This document shows positions 27,335-38,948 of a DNA stretch of 64,000 nucleotides, piece by piece. Source of the stretch: Antedon mediterranea (lineage: Eukaryota > Animalia > Echinodermata). Where the stretch lies: contig NC_092670.1 in the NCBI RefSeq assembly GCF_964355755.1, forward strand, positions 29,562,388 through 29,626,387, in the 5' to 3' direction. Position 1 is the first letter of the stretch; every line of letters begins with the position of its first letter. The position numbers and the translations under genes are program-made. The notes below the pieces were generated by a model, which saw nothing but the letters and a program-made list of their open reading frames with translations, did no database searches and had not been told where the DNA came from.

Positions 27335-28666
27335 CTAGAGGGTGAGCTCGCTTCGCTCGCTCCCCCTCTAGGAAGTGTAGACGATGGTTCTCGGAATGAT
27401 AATGTTCTCCTTATACATTTTCTGTCGGTTACCATTATTGAAAATGCTTGACATTCGTAAAACTGAACTACTTTGTTTCACAGTGTTTTAGATGATTAAT
27501 AACATTTTAAAGTATAGTTTTTATTGTTTGGTAGGGCCCTTTGGGGAGGCGGAGGTCATTTGAGGGAGGTGCTTATTCGAGGGATATATGTTAAATTTTT
27601 TAGTTCTAATAATATGGTAACATTTATAATCAAATGAAATCCTCTCATAGATATGCAAAGTGGTAAAAAAGAATAACAAATGCTTGGTAAATTGCAGATA
27701 CCAGTGCGGTGAATTCTACTACAAATAGTATAATTGTGTTATTATAAATATGTGGATGGACGTTTATTAGATAGTTGGGTTGTGTGTGTGTGGGGGGGGG
27801 GGGGGGTTATTATTCAAAGTGATGTTTTATTGGAGAGGCGTTTATTCAAATAAATACCATCCTAATAATTATTAATACATTATTTAATTTAATCATCTTT
27901 TGAAACTAACGGCCGTGCCAGAGTGGGCCCAAGAAAGAAGACATCACGGCTTGCAACATGGGCAGACATCTCGGTCCTAACGGGACACAGGAAGATAGCC
28001 TACAGTTATTCCTGCAAGCTTACTCAATAAAATTCAGCTATCGGGATTTCACTCGAAAAATGTCTTATCAAATCTCCCTATGTAATTTTATAATACTATT
28101 CCCCACAATATATTCTGATTCTTTATGGCGTATATTTAATTTGATCTTTATTAATTTGCAGTATAATTCCTATTATTTAACTACTGTACCTTCACACACG
28201 TGTGGTATGTTTTAAAATAAACAAAAAACTGAAATGGCTATGATTAATGGCCAATTTTTTTTTCGTCTTCCAAAGGGACACTGTATTGATTGATGGAAAG
28301 TGCCTGTTTCCAGTCACCTTTAGGGTCAAATCTATTATTTTAACTGCTCCCTTGTGTATAAAAGAGAGAAAATATTTGAAACTAAGGTGAACTTATCTTA
28401 AACCCGGAAATTACTTTGACCGGGAAGAATTGAAATTGAGAGGAAAATCCAATGTTGAAATCATAAATGTTGTTAAAAAACTCTTTATAATATCTTCCTA
28501 AGATATAAATATGGAACAATAGCGTCGGCGTGCACACTAATGTTATCAAATCTACGTTTCGCGGTACATCTCGGATAGATAAGGTAGGTATCCAAGGCGG
28601 AGATTTGTAGAGAAGTTTTTGCATTGTGCTCGCCTATGTCAGAATTAACCATAATTTATATATAGA
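27335..28666 (-). mobile_element. Non-autonomous Helitron, copy 2
   Basis: Minus strand reads A|TCTATATATAA ... hairpin-CTAG|T, i.e. canonical TC...CTRR ends at an AT target; colinear with 9203-10549. Confidence 0.88.
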
Positions 28667-29413
28667 TGTGCATATTAATATGCGTAATGTAGGTTGTATA
28701 CTGTTATGTACGTATAGATTTAAAAAAAAATGTAAGTCAAAACAGCAAAATCTGATATACACGAGGCCCTCAAAATGAGACAAAATGACATACACAAATT
28801 GTACTAACACCAGTTATACACTAAGATAATGGTTAAGGTAATCATCTCTAATGTGAACAGTTTTTAGACACATAACTAATGAAATATGTGGGTGTGGATA
28901 GGCTATTAAACTGTTGACGATGAAGTGGAATCATATTAGGAATTTTTATTTTCTTATTGGTACGGCGTTTGTTTAACATAAACCTACAGGAAAACTAAGT
29001 AATGTGAAAATGATGCACAAGTTAAATATTAACCAATTCAATTGAACGTGCATGTTTAATTTAATAGCAATCTTCAATACATTTTAATTAAATAGTATTG
29101 TCTCTTCCGTCATCTCGAGTAAACACATTTTATCTTTGTACCAAGATAAACTAATAGTATGTTTGGGTAAGTATACTAAGTATAGTATTTGGTTACATTG
29201 ACCGTTATTTTCTAAAGCGTACTCTGCATTGTTAGGAGGCTTATATTTGTTTAGGTGTAGTTAATGGCTTTGGTATAGATTACAAAACAGCAGAAACGTT
29301 CGTATGATGTTTATTTATAATACCTAAAAATAGAATTGAATAATATAATGTTTGTCTTTTCTTCAGTAGGTATCCTTAGTGGTTCATCTGCCTAGGGCCT
29401 ACCAGTACTAGAG

Positions 29414-30547
29414 ATGCTTCATTGTCTTGACAACAGCAAACAAACTAATTCAGAGGGCGGTGTTCTGTGGTCACGAAGTGATGTTCTATCAGGGCCTCGA
29501 GAAAGAATTCTTTTCAGAAAACAACAATTAAAACACAGATCTGCGCACTCGAGCAAACAAAACGAGGTCGATATTGGTGAACGTTCATCATATAGACAAT
29601 TGCACAGTGCAAGGAAATCATTACCGTTAGTCGATTCAGAATCTATACTCGACATTCCAAAACGATCACATTCAGCCCCTTACACTAACAGAGATACGTA
29701 TGTGGATATATGGGAACTCGTTGGTCTTGGTCAGACAATGTTGGCCTTTGATAACACAGAGAAACTTTTAAATCGGCATTCAAAGCGTCGAAGTAAGATA
29801 ATGGGGCAAACTAAACAATCGAGTGAAGCACAAGAAGTAATATACGAACTGAGACCCGACTCAACAGTTTCAAACACAAATTACTTACAAGATCACAATT
29901 TGCAACAGATTGACGAGGACCGTATTGAGGCGATACAATGTGATAGAAAACATAACCAAAATGATGATAATACGTCCTTACAATGCAAGTTCGACATAAA
30001 TACAGCTTTAGAGAAAACAATAGTAGAAGATTGTACACCTCAAGGATATAATGACAGGCCTAACAGCGATCAAATGGAAAAAGTAAATGTACAAGAACAA
30101 AATGGAATAAAAACAAAACGAAGAAAAAAACAACGAAAATACGATGTGAAATTAAGGAATAACCATACAAACAACGGGAAAAGAACTAGAAATTCTTCGC
30201 GTATTTCAACGAAGAAAGCAAGCCAGCATCGGGCCCCAAGAATAGATATACACACACACAAATGCCCACAGACTAAAATAACAGAAGAAAATGAATTTAT
30301 TGGAAACAAATTCAAGAAAAATCCTGCCGATAAGGAAATATCAGCTTTGCCTTTCGTTAAGCCAGAGCGATTGGTACGTGAAAAATCATTCCAATTAACA
30401 TATCCTGGATATGATGTTCGTTTTAAGGAACCGATTTTAACACGAGAACCAACAATTACGGCAATTGATAAGCAAACACAGAAAGAAATAAGGGATTCGT
30501 CAGTTGAAAAATGTCGAATGTGGTTAAAAGGCTGGGAAATTAATTAA
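29414..30547 (+). CDS. Uncharacterised 377-aa hydrophilic protein, single coding exon, PRR18-like C-terminal motif
   Basis: Intact 1134-nt ORF in AT-rich DNA with no TE motifs; acceptor TTTTCTTCAG at 29366; in-frame TAG at 29393 before the ATG; C-terminus LTYPGYDVRF...SSVEKCRMWLKGWE; AATAAA near 31095 and 31153. Confidence 0.7.
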   Translation: MLHCLDNSKQTNSEGGVLWSRSDVLSGPRERILFRKQQLKHRSAHSSKQNEVDIGERSSYRQLHSARKSLPLVDSESILDIPKRSHSAPYTNRDTYVDIWELVGLGQTMLAFDNTEKLLNRHSKRRSKIMGQTKQSSEAQEVIYELRPDSTVSNTNYLQDHNLQQIDEDRIEAIQCDRKHNQNDDNTSLQCKFDINTALEKTIVEDCTPQGYNDRPNSDQMEKVNVQEQNGIKTKRRKKQRKYDVKLRNNHTNNGKRTRNSSRISTKKASQHRAPRIDIHTHKCPQTKITEENEFIGNKFKKNPADKEISALPFVKPERLVREKSFQLTYPGYDVRFKEPILTREPTITAIDKQTQKEIRDSSVEKCRMWLKGWEIN

Positions 30548-31680
30548 TGGAAAATACCCGAACGTTTTGTCAAAACATTTATCTAGCATAGGCTAGGCAT
30601 ACCGTTACTGTGTATTAGCCAATGGACCTAGTGTCTCATTCAATATGGAGTGTCCCAATTTTGTTTCGGTTTTCGTTTAGGATAGGGACAATAATTAATA
30701 AGATGAAATAATTTGTGTCTTTTGTTTTTGTTTTAACATGTATAAATGATGATAAAATTAGTTTCACAAATGATGATTATAAATTGAGGTTGATAGATAA
30801 AATTTATGAATTGTTATATATATGTTCATTCGGGATTAGGAAGTTACTGGATGGAAACAATAGCCCTAATATGTAATTTAATAGAATTTGATTCACTTAA
30901 AGATATATTAACAAACAGAAAAAAAACAAAACTATAGGCCAATGAATAGTTCAATATCGTATTATGGATATTAATTCCATATTTTAAACATAATATAATA
31001 GATTTAGAATAAAAAGTATATAGTAAATAATTTGAAGTTTATATTTCATTTATCTTATAATTCTCAACATATCATTATGGTTATAGCATTAAAATAAATA
31101 AACATATTAGGTTGTAAATAATATTATCGATGATAAAAACAAATTGACTATCAATAAAATAATTGTATTTTGACATTATTTTATACATATGTATTATTAA
31201 TTTATATTGTGTTTTGCATTACACCATTGTTTGCAGCGAGACATCACTGCGAATGCATAAATTATAAGAACGAATATGATATTACAGTAATTATAATAGT
31301 ACCCGTAATAGTATATCGCATACTATGTTATTATGTTAATGTTAATATTTATATAGCGCGTTCTACAAACAATGTCGTCTCAATGCGTTAGAGAAGCGGT
31401 GGAAACATAATAAACCAGGAAATAGCCTAACTAACCAAACCGTTTTGGACAAGAAAACAGAACAGAACAAGAATATTTCTTACAAAAAACGCTGCTCGCT
31501 TATTGTTAATGCTAAGGTCAAGTCTGGGGGTCACTTCATCACGCCTAGATACTTCAAGTATCCTATTACAAACAAAAACTTCAATGGACTGTTTTGATAA
31601 TAATTCAATGATTATCTGACAGTGAATTATAGTAATATCATGGGACTCATAAATACCAGAAATGCTTTGGGATTTGTCAT

Positions 31681-31850
31681 TAGACTCTTTTCCCAGCCGT
31701 TTTTTGGATTCAACAGGTGGTACCTATAAATTATAGTCGAGTTTCCATTTTAACAAAAATGTCAAAGTGTAGTACTATACTGCTGCTTGATTTCATCTAA
31801 TGAATGAGTCATCTCGTGTGACGTAGCGGGCTAAAGCAGCAGCGTGAAAA
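31681..31850. repeat. Dispersed ~170-bp repeat (MITE-like), copy 1
   Basis: TAGACTC..TTTTCCCAG..CTATAAATTATAGTCGAGTTT..ATGAATGAGT..GACGTAGC also present at 60464-60632. Confidence 0.65.
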
Positions 31851-32115
31851 AGTAGTAGTAGTAGTAGTAGTAATAGTAGTAGTAGTAGTTTTATAGGCCT
31901 ATAGCCTAGCGCCTAATATAATGTTTCTAAGCGCTTTACACACAAAAATGATCCATATACAATATCCTAAAATAACCAAAAAGCAGAGGAAGCATTTAAA
32001 CCGCTCCGTTCTCCAGCACTTTGAATCTCCCATGAGAGCTCGACTAAACAAGTGAAAGCTCGCCTTACAAACAATAACAAGGATATAAAATGTATATGAA
32101 CAAAGACGGAGCATT
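31851..32115 (-). mobile_element. L2/CR1-type 3' end with (AGT)n/(ACT)n tail
   Basis: (AGT)n at 31851-31889 adjoining minus-strand ...TGTAAAGCGCTTAGAAAC...GCGCTA, typical of L2-type 3' ends. Confidence 0.5.
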
Positions 32116-33182
32116 GAATAGGTGGTTTTTAATTAAAGTTGAAAACAATTGGTAACAGTGGCCTATATCTCAATTGTTAGCACACAACATACTGTGTAAA
32201 GAGACAAATACCAGGATTTGAAACTATATTATTATAAGTGTAATGGGAAGGAAAATCAATACAAATAAATCAAAGAGTCCTTAATAAAAATGATTGTGGA
32301 TTAAAGACACTGGAAAGCATTTCAGTACACCAATTACAAGTTTTATATTGTATAAAGAAAAATATCACATTACTGTATAACTCGCTTTCAATCCCTACAA
32401 GTCTAATACGTGGTCGTGAGGAGCAATTACTGTGACAGTTGTCACATAGTGGGTGTGTGATGATGCTGCATCTAATTATATTTGTTTTACCGATGATAAG
32501 TCATAGATCCATATTCATTCACGGACCAAATATTGGGAACGCGCTCTATAAAACTAATAAATTAAAATCCCAATACTATCTGTTAAAATAGAAACTAAAG
32601 AAACGATATTGAGTAAGCATACATACTAAAAAAGAGGGGGGAAAATAAACAAATACATTAAACAAAAAATATTGTGTAATAATTACGTTATTTTCAATCA
32701 TAAGCACGCTGTATTTACACGGACAGACTAAAAGTATTGCTATAATTAAAAAGTAAACTTAAATGACTTGAATTCAGTCAAATTGTATTGTATTTGGAAC
32801 ACAAATAAGTAGGCCTACTGTGTTACTGTAGCATGACTGGCATATTTCGGGGTACTCTTGGTTGACGGAAGTTATTGATTGATTTCACAAAACGAAGGGA
32901 AAAAGAAATACAAAAGGGTCTATTGATTGTTTGCTGTACGCTCTCGAAGGTTATACAATACTTATAGAGCGAGTGGACGATTGTTTGACCGACGTATAGA
33001 CTATTGCATTGTTGTAAAGGTCGGAAATAAATATTAATTTGAAATTTTAAAACTCATATAAGCATATCTAGTCAGCAACATCATGCAATATAACTAACTT
33101 CATACTCGTTCTTGTTAACCGCCAACTTAGTACTATTTGCCTATTTACACTGTAGCAATCACTCCCAGGTAAGATAATCGCA

Positions 33183-33395
33183 TACTCTCTTAATATAAAC
33201 GAGTGATATTTCCACTCCAAATTTACCACTCATTCAAGAGTGAACATCAGTTCACTCTTGAATGAGTGGTAGCCTAATCCACTCCAATTTGAGCGACTGC
33301 CATAATTATTAAGCATAAAACGTACCACTCCTTCAACGAGTGTGCATGTATTCCCGCTCGAACTGTAAACACCCACCACTCGACTCCGGGAGTGA
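33183..33395. repeat. Left subterminal CACTC/GAGTG array with a perfect 22-bp-arm hairpin
   Basis: TACCACTCATTCAAGAGTGAAC-atca-GTTCACTCTTGAATGAGTGGTA at 33224-33271, plus several other CACTC/GAGTG units. Confidence 0.85.
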
Positions 33396-33504
33396 AAACT
33401 TTTGATCGAGGCAGCCAATCAAATGCAAGCATTTCATAACTTTTCATCGTCTTCACGCGCGCCCGCGGGTCAGCCGATTGACTGTTTCTCTCTCGCCCTC
33501 CGGC

Positions 33505-33673
33505 GCATTTCTATTCGGCCCATTTACCATTACGTTCGGATCTTTCAGCATTCGGCTCTTTTTTATTCGGCCCATTTACCATTACGTTCGGCTCTTTTTT
33601 ATTCGGCCCTTTTTTATTCGGCTCTTTCTGTATTACGTTCGGCTCGTTTTAAATCGGCCATTTTTTATACGGC
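33505..33673 (+). repeat. Array of ~8 (A/G)TTCGGC(C/T)C units
   Basis: Direct repeats with 14-25-nt period, e.g. TATTCGGCCCATTTACCATTACGTTCGG twice. Confidence 0.75.
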
Positions 33674-35837
33674 GCAATTAAATTCTAACCTTTGACATGG
33701 GGTCAAATGGAAGAAAATCAACGGCTGGAAATGAGTCTATGAAAAGTTTACAAACATTTCATCATCATGGCGCCAACTATGAGTAGCCAATCGATTAAAG
33801 ATGTGTTGAATAACCTAAATTTAAGTCATCTTTTAACAAATTCTGAGAGAGAAAGGGTAAATTATAATTATTAAATGTTAGTCTGACACTAGGTCTAAGC
33901 TAGGCCTAGGCTAGTAAAATATCCTGATAACCCACGTCACACAGTAGTAACACACACAAAACAGTAGATACACGTGATGATACAGAAAAACTAATGAGAT
34001 GCAATCTAAACAGTCATGGCAATTTTATGGAGATTGACCCTAGCTAGACTTGTTAGTTTGTTAATATAAAGTATGCCTAATAATAATTACTATAATAATT
34101 ACTATAATAATAACTATAGTTAATACTTAGTAGGCAGCCCTAGTTTCTAGTTCCAGGCTAGGCCTAGTACTGTAGTAGTACTAACCAGGGCCGCCTACCA
34201 TAAGTACTAACAGTCTAATATAGAAGAGGCCTACCTAGGCTAGGCATATAATATTTTTTACTAGGCCTAGCCTATGCCCTATACTAGGCCTAGGCCCTAG
34301 TTAATAATTATTAATTACTGTATATTGATTTGGCTTATTTATTTTATTTATAAAAAATTTAAAAAAATTTAAAATTTTTAATGTACAGTATTTTGTCTTC
34401 AAATAAATTTCCTTACAAATTTATTTGGTATAGTTATCCTAAATATAAAATGTAGTCAGTACACTATTGAATTTATTGCAACTTTAATTGTTACCATGGT
34501 TACTCCTAGTTTTGACCTGGAGTACCACACTGTATTATCATTAAGGCACTTGTTTGGATTTGGACATTCCAATGCATTGACTTAATTTGTACATTGTACA
34601 GTATAAAGTATTAGTAATACAGTAGCATTCACTGAGAGAAGTCCACAAGCTTTTATATGCTTTTCGTTTACAAGTTTCATTTCTTTTTATATCTTTGACG
34701 TGCCTCTATTTGAGAATCACAGTGTGTGAGTACATGTTAATTTATGATTGTTATTTTAACTTTTAATTAGGCCATATATAGGTCCATATATACTATTTAA
34801 TCAAGTTACTACTTTATATAGTACTGGCTATATATGTACAGTATCTATTTTAATAATTACAGTCTACAATCTAGGACGATGATTTATTGTTAATTCATTC
34901 CTAGTCTTAATGCATATAAGGCATAATTTTACCATTGATGCCTAAACCTTTGTTGAAATGTTATAGCAATTAAAGATATTAATTAATTTAGGTTAGTATA
35001 GCAGTTATATATGATTAGCATTTACGTTACCTTTTTTGCTTAAACAGCTAAATACAATGTTTGTACGCTGTATTGCTATTTTTAATGTAGTCTAGATAAT
35101 GTTTTTCTTTGTAATCCTCCACAGTTTTACCAATATAATATACTACGATACGACGCATAATAAACGTTAGTAACGAAACTCTAACTATATGTACATCTAG
35201 TGTCTTATTTGGTTATCTGGCTGTCTAGAAGACGCGACCGTTATCGAGGGCAGCACATACAGTATTGTTCACCCTGAAAAAAAAAAATTTCTTAATAATC
35301 TTACTTTTTGTTTAATAAATATGCAATTTTTTGTAATGTCACATAATTGATAGGCCTAGTTATCCACTATATAATAAAACTATATAAAATTAAGTTTAAA
35401 AAAAAAAGATATAATTAAGAAATAAGTGAATAATAATCTTTATATTTTTAATCTTTAAGTAGGAACAAAATAGGCCAATTCAAAGCCAAGCCCTGTATTT
35501 TTGCATGCAAGGTTGTTATAGTGTGTACAATTTCAGACTCTTATTATCATTTCAGATTACAAGATGAAGTTGGTGCTTTGACGGACGCACAGCTAACAAG
35601 TCTGGGGGTTGCAACTCTCGGAGACCGTCAGCGTCTACGAGCCAACTGTAGACAGACAGGTATAAGTCCTATAATTGCAATCTCTATGTACTTAACCCCT
35701 TTTTTACCCCTTTTTCTTGACACCATGGCTATCCACACAATAAGTCGTAAATGGAATCCCCTAAAACCGTCCCTCCCTCCAAATGGTGAATGGTCAGGAA
35801 AGAAGATGGAGCGTTATAAAAAAAAAGACAAAATTTA

Positions 35838-35905
35838 GGCATCGTTGGGTTTCGAACCTGGGACCATGAACACTAAAGGAGCATAATCAACCGTTCAGCC
35901 ATCCA
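35838..35905 (-). mobile_element. tRNA-derived SINE head
   Basis: Minus strand has A-box TGGCTGAACGG and B-box GGTTCGAAACC but no complete cloverleaf. Confidence 0.5.
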
Positions 35906-36238
35906 ATTGGCTTACGATGGAGCTATGTCATAACCGATTATTCTTTATCAAACTTCTATTGATGTATTCTGCCTTATTTACTTGTGAACATATCCTTTTG
36001 ATCTTGTTCATTTTAAAACTTATTTTGATGACCATCGACACATGTTATCCTTCATGACCTTTGTTTTCATGTGTTTTTTTGTATTAATTTAGCAATTTAC
36101 AGTATGAATTTTGTGTGTGTGTGTAACGATCAATTTTGTATTATTGGCTTCAAATACTGTTATCTATTTACTTATTTCTGTTTTTTAATAGGATCCATTT
36201 TGTCCAGATTTTTTCCAGTAGGCAAAACTAAGCCATAT

Positions 36239-36272
<34 letters not shown>

Positions 36273-36366
36273 CATCATGGACAAGGAAGGTGGTTTGCCT
36301 GGCTGAGCCAGATACAGATGCAACACCTAAAGCATGTAGAAAGCAGATGCTGGCAGAGGCCGGACT

Positions 36367-37286
36367 GCGATTTTTTTTTTCGTACATAAGTTGGGGACCC
36401 CCTCATGAAACGTCACAAAATAAACATGAATAATTCATCAGTTAAATTTTCTTGTTCCGTGTGCACCCAAGCGTATAGCAACAAGAAGTGATTACACAAG
36501 TGCGGTACAATTCTAGGCCTATCTCCGCTGTTGAAGAATTTGTGTGGATTGTCGAAATAATCGGCCTTTAGTTTATGGTGTTTTTAATATAATTTATTAC
36601 TAAAGAATTACGTGTTAAAATTATAGTTTCTATTAATACTATTAGGCCTAATTATTAGTCTCTAAACCCATGTCTATTCTAGTAGTAGTAGCTGTGTGGA
36701 TGTGTGTGACGTGTGTGTGTGTTAGGTATGACCAAAGATAGTTACACTATCTTTGGTATGACACAATCCGAGTAATAAGTCAGAAAAATTAAACAATAAA
36801 CATTACACAAAAATACATTTTTATTCTCGTGGGTCAAATCTTCCCATCTCATGTGTTCATCATATACGCGCATTTTTAAAGTTCCTTTGAGTACATGCAT
36901 ATTGTTTGATAATAAAATAGCAGAATTAAAAAATACAGTACACAAATTATACACATTCTTTATTCTTGTGGGTCTAAGCTTTCTTTGGGCTATGTCCAAT
37001 GAATTACTACTTAGTTTAATGTCTTGTCGTACTTGCTTGCCTAGCTGTCGATTAGCCTCGACTCGACACATTTTGTGTGAAGAAGAGTGCGCGAAGGCAA
37101 TCACGTGAATTGACTTATAATCCTAGGCCTACTGTAGAAAGTATCGTATCGCAGTTGTGTAATCACTTCTTGTTGCTATACGCTTGGGTGCATACGGAAC
37201 AACAAATTTAACTGATGAATTATTCATGTTTATTTTGTGACGTTTCATGAAGGGGTCCCCAACTTATGTACGAAAAAAAAAATCGC
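36367..37286. mobile_element. MULE/MuDR-type MITE (920 bp)
   Basis: Perfect 9-bp TSD GGCCGGACT (36358-36366, 37287-37295); ~145-bp TIRs beginning GCGATTTTTTTTTTCGTACATAAGTTGGGGACCCC. Confidence 0.92.
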
Positions 37287-38074
37287 GGCCGGACTTGGGG
37301 GAAAAAAATGTTACCGTGCCTGATATAAATGCAACCCCGGAAGAATTCGAAACAGTTTTATTCACCAGCTTCCCCAAGCTGAAAAATGCAGGAGGATTTG
37401 AAATCATGCTCTGCTTTTGGATTGAGAGAAAACTTTTACCTCTGAAGGGAAGTTATACCCGTTTAAACATCAGAGATAAGTTAGGGCAAGGCCGAATTTA
37501 CTTACGGCCAATTCAAAATGCCTTATATGGTAAGTATGGAAGCAGAGTCTGTAAGTAAAATAGCTTAATAGTTTTTATCCATACTGAGATATTATGGATA
37601 GTATATCATTCAATTGTTTTATTGTTTTAGCTTCAATTGCTACATTTACAGATTGTGATAAATTATTTTTATTCATTTTAATTTTGTATTGTTTTTAGAA
37701 CATTGAAGAAAACTCAGGATTGGTTCAAAAATACATCTGTAGTCGTTTGAATACTGTACGAACACTAACACACAGTATAGCAGCAATTTCAGAACACTTG
37801 AAGCCTTCACAAATAAGGCTTTCCAATACTTCTTTTTTGATGACATATGTATTAGCTTTCCCTTTATTAGTAACAAACTTGAATTTGTACATTCATCTTT
37901 TATTGCTGTTACTGTAGCCACATCATACACACCAACAAGCTGAAAATCTGTGACACTCAGAAGTTTTACTACATCAGTAGTGATATATATTAAATAAGAA
38001 ATATTTATTCAATACATTCTCTATGATTTTTTTCATCATACTGTTATTTGTTAAACATATACTTTAATTACAGT

Positions 38075-38202
38075 TAAATATGGTCAGTTTTGGCTTTCAA
38101 AACCTGTCCGGCCAGACCTTTTTTAACCACCAAAACTAGTCCGGCCTCGATAAAATCGGCCTGGGCAGTAGGACTGTTTTTGACCGCCAAATATGGTCCG
38201 GT
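38075..38202. repeat. GTCCGG-unit repeat, probable transposon subterminal remnant
   Basis: AAATATGGTC twice and three GTCCGG units. Confidence 0.4.
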
Positions 38203-38865
38203 ATTACAAAATTAGTCATAATATATATATCATTCAAAAAAGGTATTATATTGAAAACTACAGGGTTTCATTTGTGATTTTAATATTATAAATTAAGCCT
38301 GTTTTTTAATTATCATTATTAATAATGAGTACTATTGTTAGGCTTTTTGTGTACAATAATCCACTTTGTTCTTTTGTTTTAACATCCTCATTTTCATGAT
38401 GTTAAAAACAATTTAATTCATTACTGATTTATGGTTAATCAATCAATAAATCAGTTCAATCATTATAAAACACTTATACCAATACTGTATTGATTTGGCC
38501 TAGGAAGAAGGGACTCAATCATAAAAAAAAATCTAGCTGGCAATTATATCAGCGTCTCATACGCTGACATGAGTGTGTGGCAGGCTGAACATGTACCTAA
38601 GTCATGTTTTTAGAATAAAATTATACACTTAACATGCTGCGTTGCGTATCGTTCTCACGAATAGGCTCAACACAGGCGTATAACTATAGCAGTGCATACT
38701 GCGTAGGGCATATCTGATTGGTCAATTGCAGCCGCCATCTTGGCACTTCTTGAACTGCGATAACATTGCAGTTTGCCATCTAGCCTTTGGCTATATAATT
38801 ATTAATATTCAGAATAAATGTTGGGAGTTCAAATACAAGGCAGGTGCGAAAGATAAATATTTGTA

Positions 38866-38948
38866 ATCTTAGGTCTTGGGTCTTAGCTTTCGTGATCTTA
38901 GGTCTTAGGGGGTCTTAGCTTTCGTGGTCTTAGGTTTCGTGACACCCG
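38866..38948 (+). repeat. (G)TCTTAG array ending ...TTTCGTGACACCCG, probable transposon end
   Basis: About 7 TCTT(A/G)G units interleaved with TTTCGTG. Confidence 0.6.

Larger units (their letters stand above)
33767..37529 (+). pseudogene. Spliced SAM-domain + ubiquitin-like-region gene (N-terminus of G2E3-like/HECT-associated proteins); exons 33767-33856, 35556-35659, 36192-37529 minus the MITE
   Basis: GT/AG sites; MAPT..IKDVLNNLNLSHLLTNSERER | ..DEVGALTDAQLTSLGVATLGDRQRLRANC (SAM) | WTRKVVCLA..LAEAGL-GEKNV..FPKLKNAGGFEIM..GQGRIYLRPIQNAL. Single-base frameshifts and a MITE insertion. Confidence 0.7.

Noticed and set aside
33230-33695. Four short ORFs with repetitive peptides (SALFY repeats)
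   Set aside because: Translations of the subterminal DNA repeat arrays.
35838-35905. tRNA gene
   Set aside because: A and B boxes are present but the stems do not form a cloverleaf; treated as a SINE head. The weaker matches near 24430 and 49790-49850 were rejected for the same reason.
36742-37108. 120-aa and 85-aa ORFs in the MULE MITE interior
   Set aside because: No transposase or other recognisable motif; chance ORFs.
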